Positions 8,436 through 18,152 of a DNA stretch of 64,000 bases are shown piece after piece; position 1 is the first letter of the stretch, and each line of letters begins with the position of its first letter. The stretch covers positions 32,001-96,000 of the forward strand of contig CBFIDD010000003.1 in the NCBI GenBank assembly GCA_965661285.1. Direction: 5' to 3'. The notes beneath the pieces are model-generated. The model made no database searches. It was not told where the DNA came from and saw only the letters and a list, made by a program, of their open reading frames with translations. The translations under genes and the position numbers were made by a program. Source of the stretch: Poseidonia sp. (GTDB lineage Archaea; Thermoplasmatota; Poseidoniia; Poseidoniales; Poseidoniaceae).

Positions 8436-8975
8436 TCAAATGAGGCCCTTCAGGTGCTCATGCCCACGTATGAGGCGAATGGTGCAGGGCGTTGGGAATT
8501 TCATGCTCGCCTTGCGGAGTGCGTCTCGTGCCGTGAGGTAATTCTCGGCATTCACTTGAAGCGACATGATGCGCTGGCCTCGCTTCACACGAGCGGCTGT
8601 ACCAACGTTCTTGCCGAAAGCGCAACGCATGCCTTGCGAGACACGGTCAGCACCTGCGCCTGTGGCTTGCTTGTTCTCTCGCAGAACGTGGTGAGGGAAG
8701 GTGTGGACACGAAGGGCGTAGCCTTGTGCTCCGGCTGCGTTTCGGATGGTGGAGTTGGAGACAACACGCCCGGCTTCCAGCGCCGTGTGGCGAATTTGTA
8801 CATCGTTGTCCGAACGGAGTTCAAGGACAACTTGGAACTGTCCCGTCTCCGCCGCACGTCGGTTTCCGACGTGAAATTGCATGATACGGTTGTTCGGCAC
8901 ACCACCGATGTACTTACGTCGGGTGTAGGCTGGGCCTTTCAAACGGCGGTACATTACAGCGGGTTTGCGTGCCAT
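8436..8975 (-). CDS. rpl10e: 50S ribosomal protein L16/L10e
   Basis: MARKPA.MYR, YTRRKYIGGVP, FPHHVLRENKQATGAGADRVSQGMR.AFGK. Confidence 0.97.
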   Translation of the reverse strand: MARKPAVMYRRLKGPAYTRRKYIGGVPNNRIMQFHVGNRRAAETGQFQVVLELRSDNDVQIRHTALEAGRVVSNSTIRNAAGAQGYALRVHTFPHHVLRENKQATGAGADRVSQGMRCAFGKNVGTAARVKRGQRIMSLQVNAENYLTARDALRKASMKFPTPCTIRLIRGHEHLKGLI

Positions 8976-9108
8976 AGGTCTGCCTCCAAGCAACCTTGCG
9001 ACCGATGCTCCCTTTATGATATCTCCGCACCGCGTCCAACCGCCAGCCTGACGAAACCGACATCGTGGAAAGCAAAGTCTTCATGTGGCGGCCTCCGCAG
9101 CATGGACC

Positions 9109-10317
9109 ATGGCTGGAGGGTGGCGCCGACTGCTCGAGGAGGAATCCGAGTATCAGTGGCTTACACTGGGCCTGTTCGCCGTTTTCGTGTTGTTTGGAGC
9201 CTTTGCCATTGACGCCACGGAGCACTTTGTTGGCGACAGCATCACGAAGGTTACAGCCCAGCACGAAGGCGGTCTTGTCCTTGACATCGAATACCACGAA
9301 GGTAATGCGTCGTACACCTCGCTGGTTTACGCTCCCGGTGCGGGCTACCACCTGTTCACCGAACATGTTGATGACGGCACGGCAAGCGAGATTTACAGCC
9401 CAGTGAACACTGATTTGGGAGACCAAGTGAACTTTCTGAAGACCATGCCAGACGGTGAAATCCTTTTCTCTGTCAGTCCAAATCAGCTCATCGGCCTCCA
9501 AGGCAACACGATGGTGACCTACGACTACGGTTCCTCACAGGACACCTTCACTGTTTTCGATGTTGCTGAGCAAGGGAACGAACAGTCAAACCATCGTTTG
9601 TTGCTTACACAGGAGGGCAGCATAAATTCCTTCCGAGGCGTGGTCGGGATGATACCAACCGCACCCATGTCCGTTTCATCAGGCGTTCAGTGGCATCATG
9701 TTGAAGCCCATTCAGAAGGGCTCTGGGTTGGCCTGGGCACCCACATCAGCACCTCCGGTGCCGACGGTTCGAGTCCAGCAACCCCCGAACCTCGACCTGT
9801 CCTCGGCTGGATTGCATGGGACGGAAGCGAGGAGACCCCCGTTCTACGCAACGTTCAGATGTTTGCTTCGGGCATCTTCCACTCCTTTGCTTCCTCTGGT
9901 TCGGATTTGATCGTGGGCGGTACCGTGGAAAGTTTGGTCATATCATCAAGCGAGGACATCCAAACCCTAAGCGCACCCTCCGCCGTTGTTGTCAACGATG
10001 AGGAGGGGACGACATGGTTCATTGGCGGGCTTGGCTCGACCACCATCTCAACCTTCAGCGAGGGCGTGTTTGAAACGCATCAACTCAGCCGCCCGATTCC
10101 AGTCGAGGTCTCGGATGCTGGTGCTCAAGATGAGTACATCCACGTGCACGGTGCTGACGCCAACGGCTTGCCCATCCAATGGTCAATCGACACCACAGCG
10201 GATGGTTCTATAGAGAGCGGCCGTGGGTTCCTCAACCTTCTGTTCTTGATCGCCGGAGGCATCCTCCTGAGCATGATGGTCGTGCACGTCGTGGATCAAT
10301 GGCGTGCTGTGTCATAA
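9109..10317 (+). CDS. hypothetical membrane-anchored protein with beta-rich extracellular region
   Basis: Long ORF with an N-terminal TM (WLTLGLFAVFVLFGAF), a C-terminal TM (FLNLLFLIAGGILLSMMVV) and an acidic, Ser/Gly-rich middle. Confidence 0.75.
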   Translation: MAGGWRRLLEEESEYQWLTLGLFAVFVLFGAFAIDATEHFVGDSITKVTAQHEGGLVLDIEYHEGNASYTSLVYAPGAGYHLFTEHVDDGTASEIYSPVNTDLGDQVNFLKTMPDGEILFSVSPNQLIGLQGNTMVTYDYGSSQDTFTVFDVAEQGNEQSNHRLLLTQEGSINSFRGVVGMIPTAPMSVSSGVQWHHVEAHSEGLWVGLGTHISTSGADGSSPATPEPRPVLGWIAWDGSEETPVLRNVQMFASGIFHSFASSGSDLIVGGTVESLVISSSEDIQTLSAPSAVVVNDEEGTTWFIGGLGSTTISTFSEGVFETHQLSRPIPVEVSDAGAQDEYIHVHGADANGLPIQWSIDTTADGSIESGRGFLNLLFLIAGGILLSMMVVHVVDQWRAVS

Positions 10318-10426
10318 GTCGATGACGAACACCCACAAACCTTGGCCGTCAAGCGTTCTTGAAGGAACCTTCATGTGCCCTCGTCGGCCTTTACAAACTC
10401 CAGCGTAAGCCATGGAGCGTGCAAGC

Positions 10427-13066
10427 ATGTCCAAACGAGGAATGATGGACCAGTTCTTTGACATCAAAGAACAACATCCAGACACCGTCCTCTTCTTCCG
10501 AATGGGCGATTTCTACGAACTCTTTCACGAAGACGCCGAAATCGCTGCTGAGGTGCTCGGTCTTTCGCTGACGTCGAGGGATAAAAACGCAGAACAGCCC
10601 ATCCCCATGGCAGGCTTTCCTTGGCACGGCTTGGAAGACCATCTACGCACCATGCTTCGAGCGGGTTACAAAGTGACGGTCGCCGAGCAGGAGGAAGAAT
10701 TACGACCCGGTGCGAAGTTATTGGAACGGGTCGTCACGAGGGTTTACACGCCCGGCAGCCTCTACGAAGAGGGCTTGTTGGAGGGCGACGAGCAAGCGCT
10801 CTTGGCTGCGGTCGTCATGGGCCCTCAACAACTGGGCCTGGCCGTTCTGGATGCCTCAACCGGCAAAGCATGGGCGAGTTCGCACGAGGGTGCTGACCGC
10901 TTCACTCGCCTCCAAGACGACCTTCTACGGTGGCAACCAAGCGAGCTGGTCGTTTCTCCAAAAGATGCTGAGAACGAGCACCTCGTTCACCTGTTCCCCC
11001 AACTTGACGGCACCATGGTGAGTCAACACCAACTCAGCCAATCCAAGCGAGAGGAGCGACTTCGAACCATGCTTGACGTCGCCGACCTCGGCCACCTTGA
11101 CCTTGACCACGCCCCGCTCGCCATCTCGGCAACCGGCCTCGCCGCAGATTACCTCGCAACGGTTCATCTCCGTCAAGACGTCCCTCTCCAAGACGTCGAG
11201 GTGATAGAAGAACAAGGCCACCTTCTGTTGGACCAAACCACACTGCGGAACCTGGAATTGACGTCGACGTTGGCAGGGGAGTACGACGGGAGTCTGCTTT
11301 CAACACTCAACCGTTGCCGAACGGCGATGGGCCGGCGTCTGTTGAAAACGTGGCTCCTCCAACCGCTCTCGAACATGGACGCCATTCAAACCCGCCACCA
11401 AGCCGTGGCCACCTTAACCCGCTCAGCCCGGCGCTTGGATGGGATGCGAACCTCCCTCCAGGGCATCAGAGACATGGAACGCCTCGCCACCCAACTCGCC
11501 TACCAGCGAAGCAACGCCAGAGACCTCGTTGCCACCGCTCATGCGCTTGAGCGCATGCCCGCCATCGTTCAATGGTGCAAGGATAGCGGGGATGCGCTCC
11601 TCATGCATTTGTCCGATGGGCTTGAACAACTCAATGAGATGATGCAGACCATTCAAAACACGCTTGCTGACCACCCTCCGCTTGGACTGCGCGACGGCGG
11701 ACTCCTGCGCAGTGGGGTCGACGAGGAGGTTGACCGACTCCGCGCCGTGACCTCCGAAGGGAAGGCCTGGTTCTCCAATCTTGAACAACAGCTGAGGGAA
11801 TCCTTGGGCATACCATCGCTGAAAGTCAAGAACAATCGCCAAGTTGGCTGGTACATCGAGGTCACGCAAACCCACATCGAAAAGGTTCCATCGACATGGC
11901 GAAGAAAGCAACAACTCACCAACGGGTCCCGATACACCACCGAAGAGTTGGTTGAACGCGACGACCTCTTGCTCACCGCCGATTCCAAACTCAAAGAACT
12001 CGAGTATCGACGTTTCCTCGAATTGCGAACCTATTGTGGAACACAAGCGGCCACCCTGGCTGAAATTGCCCGTCGTGTGGCGGCCATCGATATCCTCCAG
12101 TGCTTTGCGTCGGTCAGCAGGGAGCGCCAGTGGACCAAACCCGATATCACGGACAAACATGTGATTCAACTTGAGGGGGCCCGCCACCCAGTTCTTGAGA
12201 CCCAATCAGGATTCGTCCCCAACGACGTCGCCATGAATGCGAAGCGGAGTTTCCTGCTCATCACCGGCCCAAACATGGGCGGTAAATCCACCTACCTTCG
12301 GACGGTGGCGTTGGTCACGGTTTTGGCACAGGCGGGATGTTTTGTTCCCGCAAAGCAAGCCAAGATTGGGCTGGTTGACCGCATATTCACCCGCGTCGGA
12401 GCCAGCGACGACCTAAAGAGGGGCCGTTCGACGTTCATGATGGAGATGATCGAGGTTGCTCACATTCTCAAGCGAGCCAGTGAGCGGTCGCTGGTCTTGT
12501 TGGATGAAATCGGACGAGGAACGTCAACCTTTGACGGCCTTTCCATCGCATGGTCGGTCACCGAAGACATCTGCTCCAGGATTGGCGCTCGGACCCTCTT
12601 TGCCACCCACTACCACCAACTCATTGGATTGGAGGGCGAGGTCAACGGTCTGTGCAACGTCCACGTTCAGGTGGCTCAAGTTGATGGCAATCTCCGTTTC
12701 CTTCATTCGGTTGCCGACGGCCCGTGCGACGAATCCTACGGCGTCCAGGTGGCTGCGTTGGCAGGTCTACCAAGGAGCGTGGTGGAACGGGCGAGTGACC
12801 TTCTCGCCTTCCTCGAACAACAAGCCGGAGGCGCCAAGGCAGGCGAACACGGTGCACCGCAATCCCGTGATGCAGGCCAAGCAAGTCTCATGGGCTATTT
12901 TGCCGCCGCCGCCATGAAGACCTCAGCACCTTCGCCACCCGCCATACCAGCACACGTGGAACGAACGATGAACCGCCTCCAAAGCACCAACGTTGACGAA
13001 CTCAGCCCGCGTCAAGCCCTTGACGTCCTCTACGCGCTTCAACAAGAACTGGAGGACGGTGCATGA
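10427..13066 (+). CDS. mutS: DNA mismatch repair protein MutS (MutS1 type)
   Basis: FFRMGDFYELF mismatch-binding motif, ITGPNMGGKSTY, STFMMEM, DEIGRGTSTFDG, FATHYH, ESYG. Confidence 0.97.
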   Translation: MSKRGMMDQFFDIKEQHPDTVLFFRMGDFYELFHEDAEIAAEVLGLSLTSRDKNAEQPIPMAGFPWHGLEDHLRTMLRAGYKVTVAEQEEELRPGAKLLERVVTRVYTPGSLYEEGLLEGDEQALLAAVVMGPQQLGLAVLDASTGKAWASSHEGADRFTRLQDDLLRWQPSELVVSPKDAENEHLVHLFPQLDGTMVSQHQLSQSKREERLRTMLDVADLGHLDLDHAPLAISATGLAADYLATVHLRQDVPLQDVEVIEEQGHLLLDQTTLRNLELTSTLAGEYDGSLLSTLNRCRTAMGRRLLKTWLLQPLSNMDAIQTRHQAVATLTRSARRLDGMRTSLQGIRDMERLATQLAYQRSNARDLVATAHALERMPAIVQWCKDSGDALLMHLSDGLEQLNEMMQTIQNTLADHPPLGLRDGGLLRSGVDEEVDRLRAVTSEGKAWFSNLEQQLRESLGIPSLKVKNNRQVGWYIEVTQTHIEKVPSTWRRKQQLTNGSRYTTEELVERDDLLLTADSKLKELEYRRFLELRTYCGTQAATLAEIARRVAAIDILQCFASVSRERQWTKPDITDKHVIQLEGARHPVLETQSGFVPNDVAMNAKRSFLLITGPNMGGKSTYLRTVALVTVLAQAGCFVPAKQAKIGLVDRIFTRVGASDDLKRGRSTFMMEMIEVAHILKRASERSLVLLDEIGRGTSTFDGLSIAWSVTEDICSRIGARTLFATHYHQLIGLEGEVNGLCNVHVQVAQVDGNLRFLHSVADGPCDESYGVQVAALAGLPRSVVERASDLLAFLEQQAGGAKAGEHGAPQSRDAGQASLMGYFAAAAMKTSAPSPPAIPAHVERTMNRLQSTNVDELSPRQALDVLYALQQELEDGA

Positions 13067-15081
13067 AACCGAGGAAAATCAAGCAATTGGACGATGCGAC
13101 CATCGGTTTCATCGCCGCAGGCGAAGTGGTTGAACGCCCGGCTCAAGTGGTCAAGGAACTGATTGAAAACAGCCTCGATGCGGGTTCAACCTCCATCTTG
13201 ATCACCGTTGAGCGAGGTGGATTTGACCGCGTTGCGGTTGAAGACAACGGAAGCGGCATCGGCGAAGCGGACCTGCCCCTCGCCCTCGACCGGCACGCAA
13301 CGTCAAAATTGAGCACGAAAGACGACCTCGCTTCGATTGTATCGCTTGGGTTCCGAGGTGAAGCCCTGGCAAGTATCGGCATGGTCTCTCGTCTTCGCAT
13401 CGCCAGCAGACCAAGGGGTGAACAAGGAGCCAGTATCGTCATGGAGGATGGTGTCAAATCCGCGCCCCAACCGTTCGGTATGGCAGAGGGGACCGTTATT
13501 TCTGTCGAGCACCTCTTCCAAAACACACCCGCCCGTCTCGCTTTTCAGCGCCGCCCGGAGACAGAAACGGCTCGCATTGTTGACGTCGTGGTCGACCATG
13601 CACTGGCCCATCCATCCTGCGGCTTCCACTTGAAAACCGAACGAAGATCGCTCCTCAACGTCCCGGCCACGGAAAACATGCTCGATCGCCTTTATGACAT
13701 CATGGGAGCACAAGCCACCGAACTGGTTGAACTCAAGTTGCCTCCTGAGGATGAAGATGCACCTGGAAGCGAACGCTGGAGCGGCTACATCAGCACGCCC
13801 GACATCACACGAGGAAAAGGCGATGATATTCACGTTCTCATCAACAACCGCCCGGTTGGTGCGGGCCCGTTCCTCCAAGCCATCCGTCGGGGCTACAAAA
13901 CCCGGCTGATGCAGGGGCGACACCCGCTTGCGGTCGTGAACCTCCAGTGCCCGCCCGGCGAGGTTGATGTCAACGTCCACCCGACCAAACGGGAGGTGCG
14001 TTTACGGCATTCATGGCGCGTGCTGGAACGACTGGAACGAGCCATTGCCTACACGCTGGAAGCCGTTCCGACCGAACCCGACGCCACGGGAGAGATTCCC
14101 GGTCTCCAAGGGCTCGCAGGTACGAAGCAGGCAAAGCCAGTAGAAACTTACTTCTCAGGAGACGCAGCGGAACCTCGCCCCGACACCTCCATTGCATCGG
14201 CTGCAGGGATGACAGAAACACTCGATGGAGCGCCAACGCCTGCACCCGCGGCACCACCGGCCTGGGCCGTCGCAGCGGGCCGACAGTTGAACCTCGTTGG
14301 GCAAGAAGCCGCAGAAAAAAACGAGCCGCTGAGAGAACGCCCCGTTTCAGCCTCGCCGCTTGGCCAAGGCGTTCTTCCGAACATGCCTGAAGCACCCGTC
14401 GCCGCGCCGCTGTCCTCTGCTGAGCGTGATTTGCATCGACACGCAGGAAAAGGCCTCACCTCCAGTCCAAGCGATGAAGCGCCGCTTGAGGGTGTGTTGA
14501 ACGACCTTCCGCACATGGAACCGTTGGCCCAATTTGCTGACTCGTACATTCTGGTTCAAGCAGAAGACGAGCTTCTTCTCATCGACCAACACGCGCTTCA
14601 TGAACGCGTACGATACGAACGATTGCGCCACAGCGGACAAGCATGGGAAGCCCAACGTCGACTTACACCTCTTCCACTTTACCTCGATCCAAGGCAGTCA
14701 GCCCTGGTCGATGCCCACCACGAACGACTGCAGGAACTTGGTTTCCATCTTTCAAGCGACCAAGGCGCTTGGTTGCTGGATGCCTCACCTCAACTCCTCG
14801 GCGGAGATGAAATCAAGCAGTTCTTGCTCGACCTGCTCCAAGACCTTGCCTTGGATGGCGGGCCGCTTGAAACCATTGAATCGAAAAAAGACCATATTGC
14901 GTTCATGAAGGCCTGTCGTGGGTCCGTCAAGGCGAACGAATCGCTTTCCCTCCCCGAAATGCGGCGATTGCTCGACGATATGCGACGCATCCAAAATCCA
15001 TGGGCGTGTGTCCACGGCCGGCCAACCTCCTTGCGCATCTCCATCGACAGCTTGGACCATCACTTTGGCCGCCACGGCTAA
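13063..15081 (+). CDS. mutL: DNA mismatch repair endonuclease MutL
   Basis: IAAGEVVERPA.VVKELIENS, HATSK, GFRGEALAS, DVNVHPTK; endonuclease motifs DQHALHER, ACR, CVHGRP. Confidence 0.97.
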   Translation: MKPRKIKQLDDATIGFIAAGEVVERPAQVVKELIENSLDAGSTSILITVERGGFDRVAVEDNGSGIGEADLPLALDRHATSKLSTKDDLASIVSLGFRGEALASIGMVSRLRIASRPRGEQGASIVMEDGVKSAPQPFGMAEGTVISVEHLFQNTPARLAFQRRPETETARIVDVVVDHALAHPSCGFHLKTERRSLLNVPATENMLDRLYDIMGAQATELVELKLPPEDEDAPGSERWSGYISTPDITRGKGDDIHVLINNRPVGAGPFLQAIRRGYKTRLMQGRHPLAVVNLQCPPGEVDVNVHPTKREVRLRHSWRVLERLERAIAYTLEAVPTEPDATGEIPGLQGLAGTKQAKPVETYFSGDAAEPRPDTSIASAAGMTETLDGAPTPAPAAPPAWAVAAGRQLNLVGQEAAEKNEPLRERPVSASPLGQGVLPNMPEAPVAAPLSSAERDLHRHAGKGLTSSPSDEAPLEGVLNDLPHMEPLAQFADSYILVQAEDELLLIDQHALHERVRYERLRHSGQAWEAQRRLTPLPLYLDPRQSALVDAHHERLQELGFHLSSDQGAWLLDASPQLLGGDEIKQFLLDLLQDLALDGGPLETIESKKDHIAFMKACRGSVKANESLSLPEMRRLLDDMRRIQNPWACVHGRPTSLRISIDSLDHHFGRHG

Positions 15082-15082
15082 C

Positions 15083-16504
15083 CTACCACGGTTGGTGCAG
15101 GATGGAATCAATGGAAACGCCGGCATCTCTCCAACGTTGAACCGCCTCAGGGTCGGCGACTTCGTGCAGATCTGCGCCTTCGATCAACACGACATCGCTG
15201 CACCCCATGGCAAGGACAAGCGCCGTCATTTGCATTCGATGGTCGCCATATGTTTGCACAATACCTTCGGGTTGGACAATGGATTGGCCACCCTCCACGG
15301 ACAAGACGCCGTTTTCAAATGTGGATTGGAGGCCAAATTGAGCGAGCAAAGCTGCGGTGCCGTGCGTTCGGTCTGTTTCCTTGTAAGCTGCATGCGATGC
15401 CCCGATGATGCGGCCACCGCCTTCCAAAGCCAGCAGCGCCGCCAAGGGCGTGATGAGGTCGTTAGCATGCTGAAGATTGACCTCGATGGGCTCGCCTGAG
15501 TCACGAGTGGAAATCGATTGCTCATCAATGGAGAGGCCAAGGGAAGGGGCGAGGGTGAGAAGCACATCGTTTCCTAGCCCATCTTCGGCGGATGGAAGGC
15601 CGTTGAGCGTGATGGGAGCACCCGTGACCTTTGCGGCCAAACTGGCGAAGGAGAGCATCGATGCATCAAGCGGTATCTCAACGCTGCTTTCAGGAACGAC
15701 GGGCGTCCAGGGCTTGAGCGTGTTCGTTTCCACGCTGTGAGAAGAACCCGTCCGCCGACAGAGGGTTTTCGTCAGTTCACTGTGCCTCAAGGAGACCCCC
15801 TCACCTTGAGTGTGAAGGAGAAGCGGATGCGGCAGGGCAGGAGCGGCCAAATGCCAAGCCGTCACGGGCTGGCTTGAACTTGAGATATCGATGGTCAACC
15901 CGTCCTGTGGGACCCATGGACCCTCGACCAAGAGCGGTAGACCCTCAACACCCGTTCCAAAAGACACGCTCACGCCCAAGTCCTTCAAGGCTTGAATCAT
16001 GATATCGTGATTCCTTGAACGCAGCGATGCATCCCCGTCCAACATGACCGGGACATCAAATCGGGCGCAAAGCGCCATTAAAATGCGCAAGGCCGTCCCC
16101 GAATTTCCGGCATGAAGAACACTGATCGGCGGCTTCAAGCCGTGAGCACCGACGCCGTGCACCTTCCACGCAACGCTGCCTGTTCCAGGTTGGTCGTCAT
16201 CGTTGGTGGAGACCTCCAGCATGTTCCCGTCGGCGTCCAAATCCGTGATGACAACACCCATTTGGCCCAAACATCGACGCATGGAAACGATGTCCTGGCC
16301 AGCATTCACAAGCCCACGAAGTACGACTTCCCGCTCGGATTGAGCGGCAAGGGCAAGCCAACGAATGGCGTGGCTTTTCGATGGCGATAGATTCCAAGTC
16401 AACTTTTCTATAGACGTATTTGGCGTGATTTTGAGCGCGGGAACAAGACTTCCCATACCGTCCTTGACCTTGGGCGACCACCGCTTCACCCAAGCCTTGC
16501 CCAT
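15083..16504 (-). CDS. aroA: 3-phosphoshikimate 1-carboxyvinyltransferase (EPSP synthase), divergent
   Basis: PSKSHAIR, GNSGTALR, GDASLRSR, SSSQ, KETDR, TYGDHRM. Confidence 0.9.
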   Translation of the reverse strand: MGKAWVKRWSPKVKDGMGSLVPALKITPNTSIEKLTWNLSPSKSHAIRWLALAAQSEREVVLRGLVNAGQDIVSMRRCLGQMGVVITDLDADGNMLEVSTNDDDQPGTGSVAWKVHGVGAHGLKPPISVLHAGNSGTALRILMALCARFDVPVMLDGDASLRSRNHDIMIQALKDLGVSVSFGTGVEGLPLLVEGPWVPQDGLTIDISSSSQPVTAWHLAAPALPHPLLLHTQGEGVSLRHSELTKTLCRRTGSSHSVETNTLKPWTPVVPESSVEIPLDASMLSFASLAAKVTGAPITLNGLPSAEDGLGNDVLLTLAPSLGLSIDEQSISTRDSGEPIEVNLQHANDLITPLAALLALEGGGRIIGASHAAYKETDRTHGTAALLAQFGLQSTFENGVLSVEGGQSIVQPEGIVQTYGDHRMQMTALVLAMGCSDVVLIEGADLHEVADPEAVQRWRDAGVSIDSILHQPW

Positions 16505-16577
16505 GGTATTGGCTGCCGCCAGCCCGTCAAGAACCCTTGCAATACAGATTCAAGAACCTTGGAGACGTGCGTGATTC

Positions 16578-17585
16578 ATGGCCCTCAAGGACGCCCTCCA
16601 ACGTCCCCTCAAGGACCTCAGGATTTCGGTCACTGACCGGTGCAATTTCCGATGCACCTACTGCATGCCTCGTGAGCACTTCGGCACGGACCACGAATTC
16701 CTTCCCCGTGAACAACTGCTCACCTACGAAGAAATCACCTTTGTAGCCAAAGCCCTCAAGTCATGCGGACTGCAGAAGATTCGGCTCACTGGAGGTGAGC
16801 CTCTGCTGCGAAAAGACATCACTCAGCTGGTGTCCATGCTCAGAGAAGTAGGTGAGAACATCGACCTCGCGATGACCACCAATGGCGCCCTGCTTGCGAG
16901 CAACGCCAAAGGGCTTTACGAGGCCGGACTCAAGCGCATCACGGTCAGCCTTGATGCGGTGGAAACCGGGACCTTCAAAGCGATGGCGGACACGGACCGC
17001 GTTGACCCCGCTACCATCCTCGAAGGCATTGATGAAGCCCTTCGCGTCGGCCTCAGCGTGAAGGTGAACGCCGTGGTTCGCAAAGGGGTGAATGAGGACC
17101 AAATCATTCCGTTGGCTCGCACCTGTTTTGAGCGAGACATTCCCCTTCGGTTCATCGAGTACATGGACGTGGGAAACACCAACGCGTGGCGATTGGACGA
17201 GGTTGTTACCGGTGCAGAACTCCGCCAGTTGATCGAGGCGGAATTTGGACCCCTCAAGCCCGAAGCACCCAAGGAACGAAGCGAGGTTGCACGTCGCTAT
17301 CGGCTTGAATCCGGGTATGCCTTTGGCTTCATTGAATCGGTATCCAAGCCGTTTTGCGGCGACTGTTCTCGAGCACGGTTGTCCGCAAACGGTTCCCTCT
17401 ACACCTGCTTGTTTTCCTCAAGCGGCCACGACCTCAAGAGCATGCTGCGTTTTGGCGCCAGTCAGGACGACCTCAGCGAGGCGATTCGGACGATTTGGGA
17501 GCGGCGCAACGACCGCTATTCCATGGACAGGAGCGAAGGGGTGCAGCGTGACAGCAAAGTTGAGATGTCCTTCATCGGAGGATGA
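16578..17585 (+). CDS. moaA: GTP 3',8-cyclase (molybdopterin biosynthesis radical SAM enzyme)
   Basis: LRISVTDRCNFRCTYCMP, LTGGEPLLR, PFCGDCSRARL...CLF, C-terminal MSFIGG. Confidence 0.96.
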   Translation: MALKDALQRPLKDLRISVTDRCNFRCTYCMPREHFGTDHEFLPREQLLTYEEITFVAKALKSCGLQKIRLTGGEPLLRKDITQLVSMLREVGENIDLAMTTNGALLASNAKGLYEAGLKRITVSLDAVETGTFKAMADTDRVDPATILEGIDEALRVGLSVKVNAVVRKGVNEDQIIPLARTCFERDIPLRFIEYMDVGNTNAWRLDEVVTGAELRQLIEAEFGPLKPEAPKERSEVARRYRLESGYAFGFIESVSKPFCGDCSRARLSANGSLYTCLFSSSGHDLKSMLRFGASQDDLSEAIRTIWERRNDRYSMDRSEGVQRDSKVEMSFIGG

Positions 17586-17588
17586 TGT

Positions 17589-18080
17589 TCACAACATGGC
17601 CGGCAGGGCGACGTCAACGATCAGCGCACTCGAGGTTTGCTCAACGAGTCGGAAACGCCAGGTTCCGTCGTCTGCACCAATGGTTTGGGAATCGATGACG
17701 AAGTAGTCGCCCTGGGTGACGGAATATCCTGCGTCGCGATCGTGGAAGGAAATGTTGGTTCCAATCACGCCGTAGACATCGGCGTCAGAGACCTGTCCCC
17801 GGATGGGAAGGGACTCCGTGATGTTGGCGGGTAGCAAATCGAATTGAAGGCGAGCAGGGTCAATGGATTGGTCAAGGCTGGTGATTCGAACAACGTGGAA
17901 CCCGTTGTCCAGCGCCCGGACGCTTACGCTTGCCTGCGGTGCTGATTTCTCAACCGTGGTCAACGCACCTTGCATCAAAACGAACACCATGCTGGAGAGC
18001 ATCACGGTGATGGCGAGCAGCAGGACGGTAGCGATGACGGGGCTGACCGCTTCCTCCTCACGTCGGACTTGCCCTCGCAT
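17589..18080 (-). CDS. archaeal type IV pilin (class III signal peptide, Pilin_N)
   Basis: RREEEA|VSPVIATVLLLAITVMLSSMVFV prepilin signature. Confidence 0.9.
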   Translation of the reverse strand: MRGQVRREEEAVSPVIATVLLLAITVMLSSMVFVLMQGALTTVEKSAPQASVSVRALDNGFHVVRITSLDQSIDPARLQFDLLPANITESLPIRGQVSDADVYGVIGTNISFHDRDAGYSVTQGDYFVIDSQTIGADDGTWRFRLVEQTSSALIVDVALPAML

Positions 18081-18152
18081 GCCATTACCACGGCGTCAAA
18101 TCACTTGAACACACCGATGAAAGGAAGACTGAGGCTGCCCGTTTTGGACGGC

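Noticed and set aside
8103-9212. 369-aa plus-strand ORF
   Set aside because: Antisense shadow of ABCE1 and rpl10e with no recognisable motifs; such ORFs are expected in GC-rich DNA.
10360-10373. Palindrome TGAAGG-AA-CCTTCA upstream of mutS as an SOS-like operator
   Set aside because: Single occurrence; I did not see it upstream of rpa, hel308 or gyrB. It overlaps a generic promoter-like sequence.
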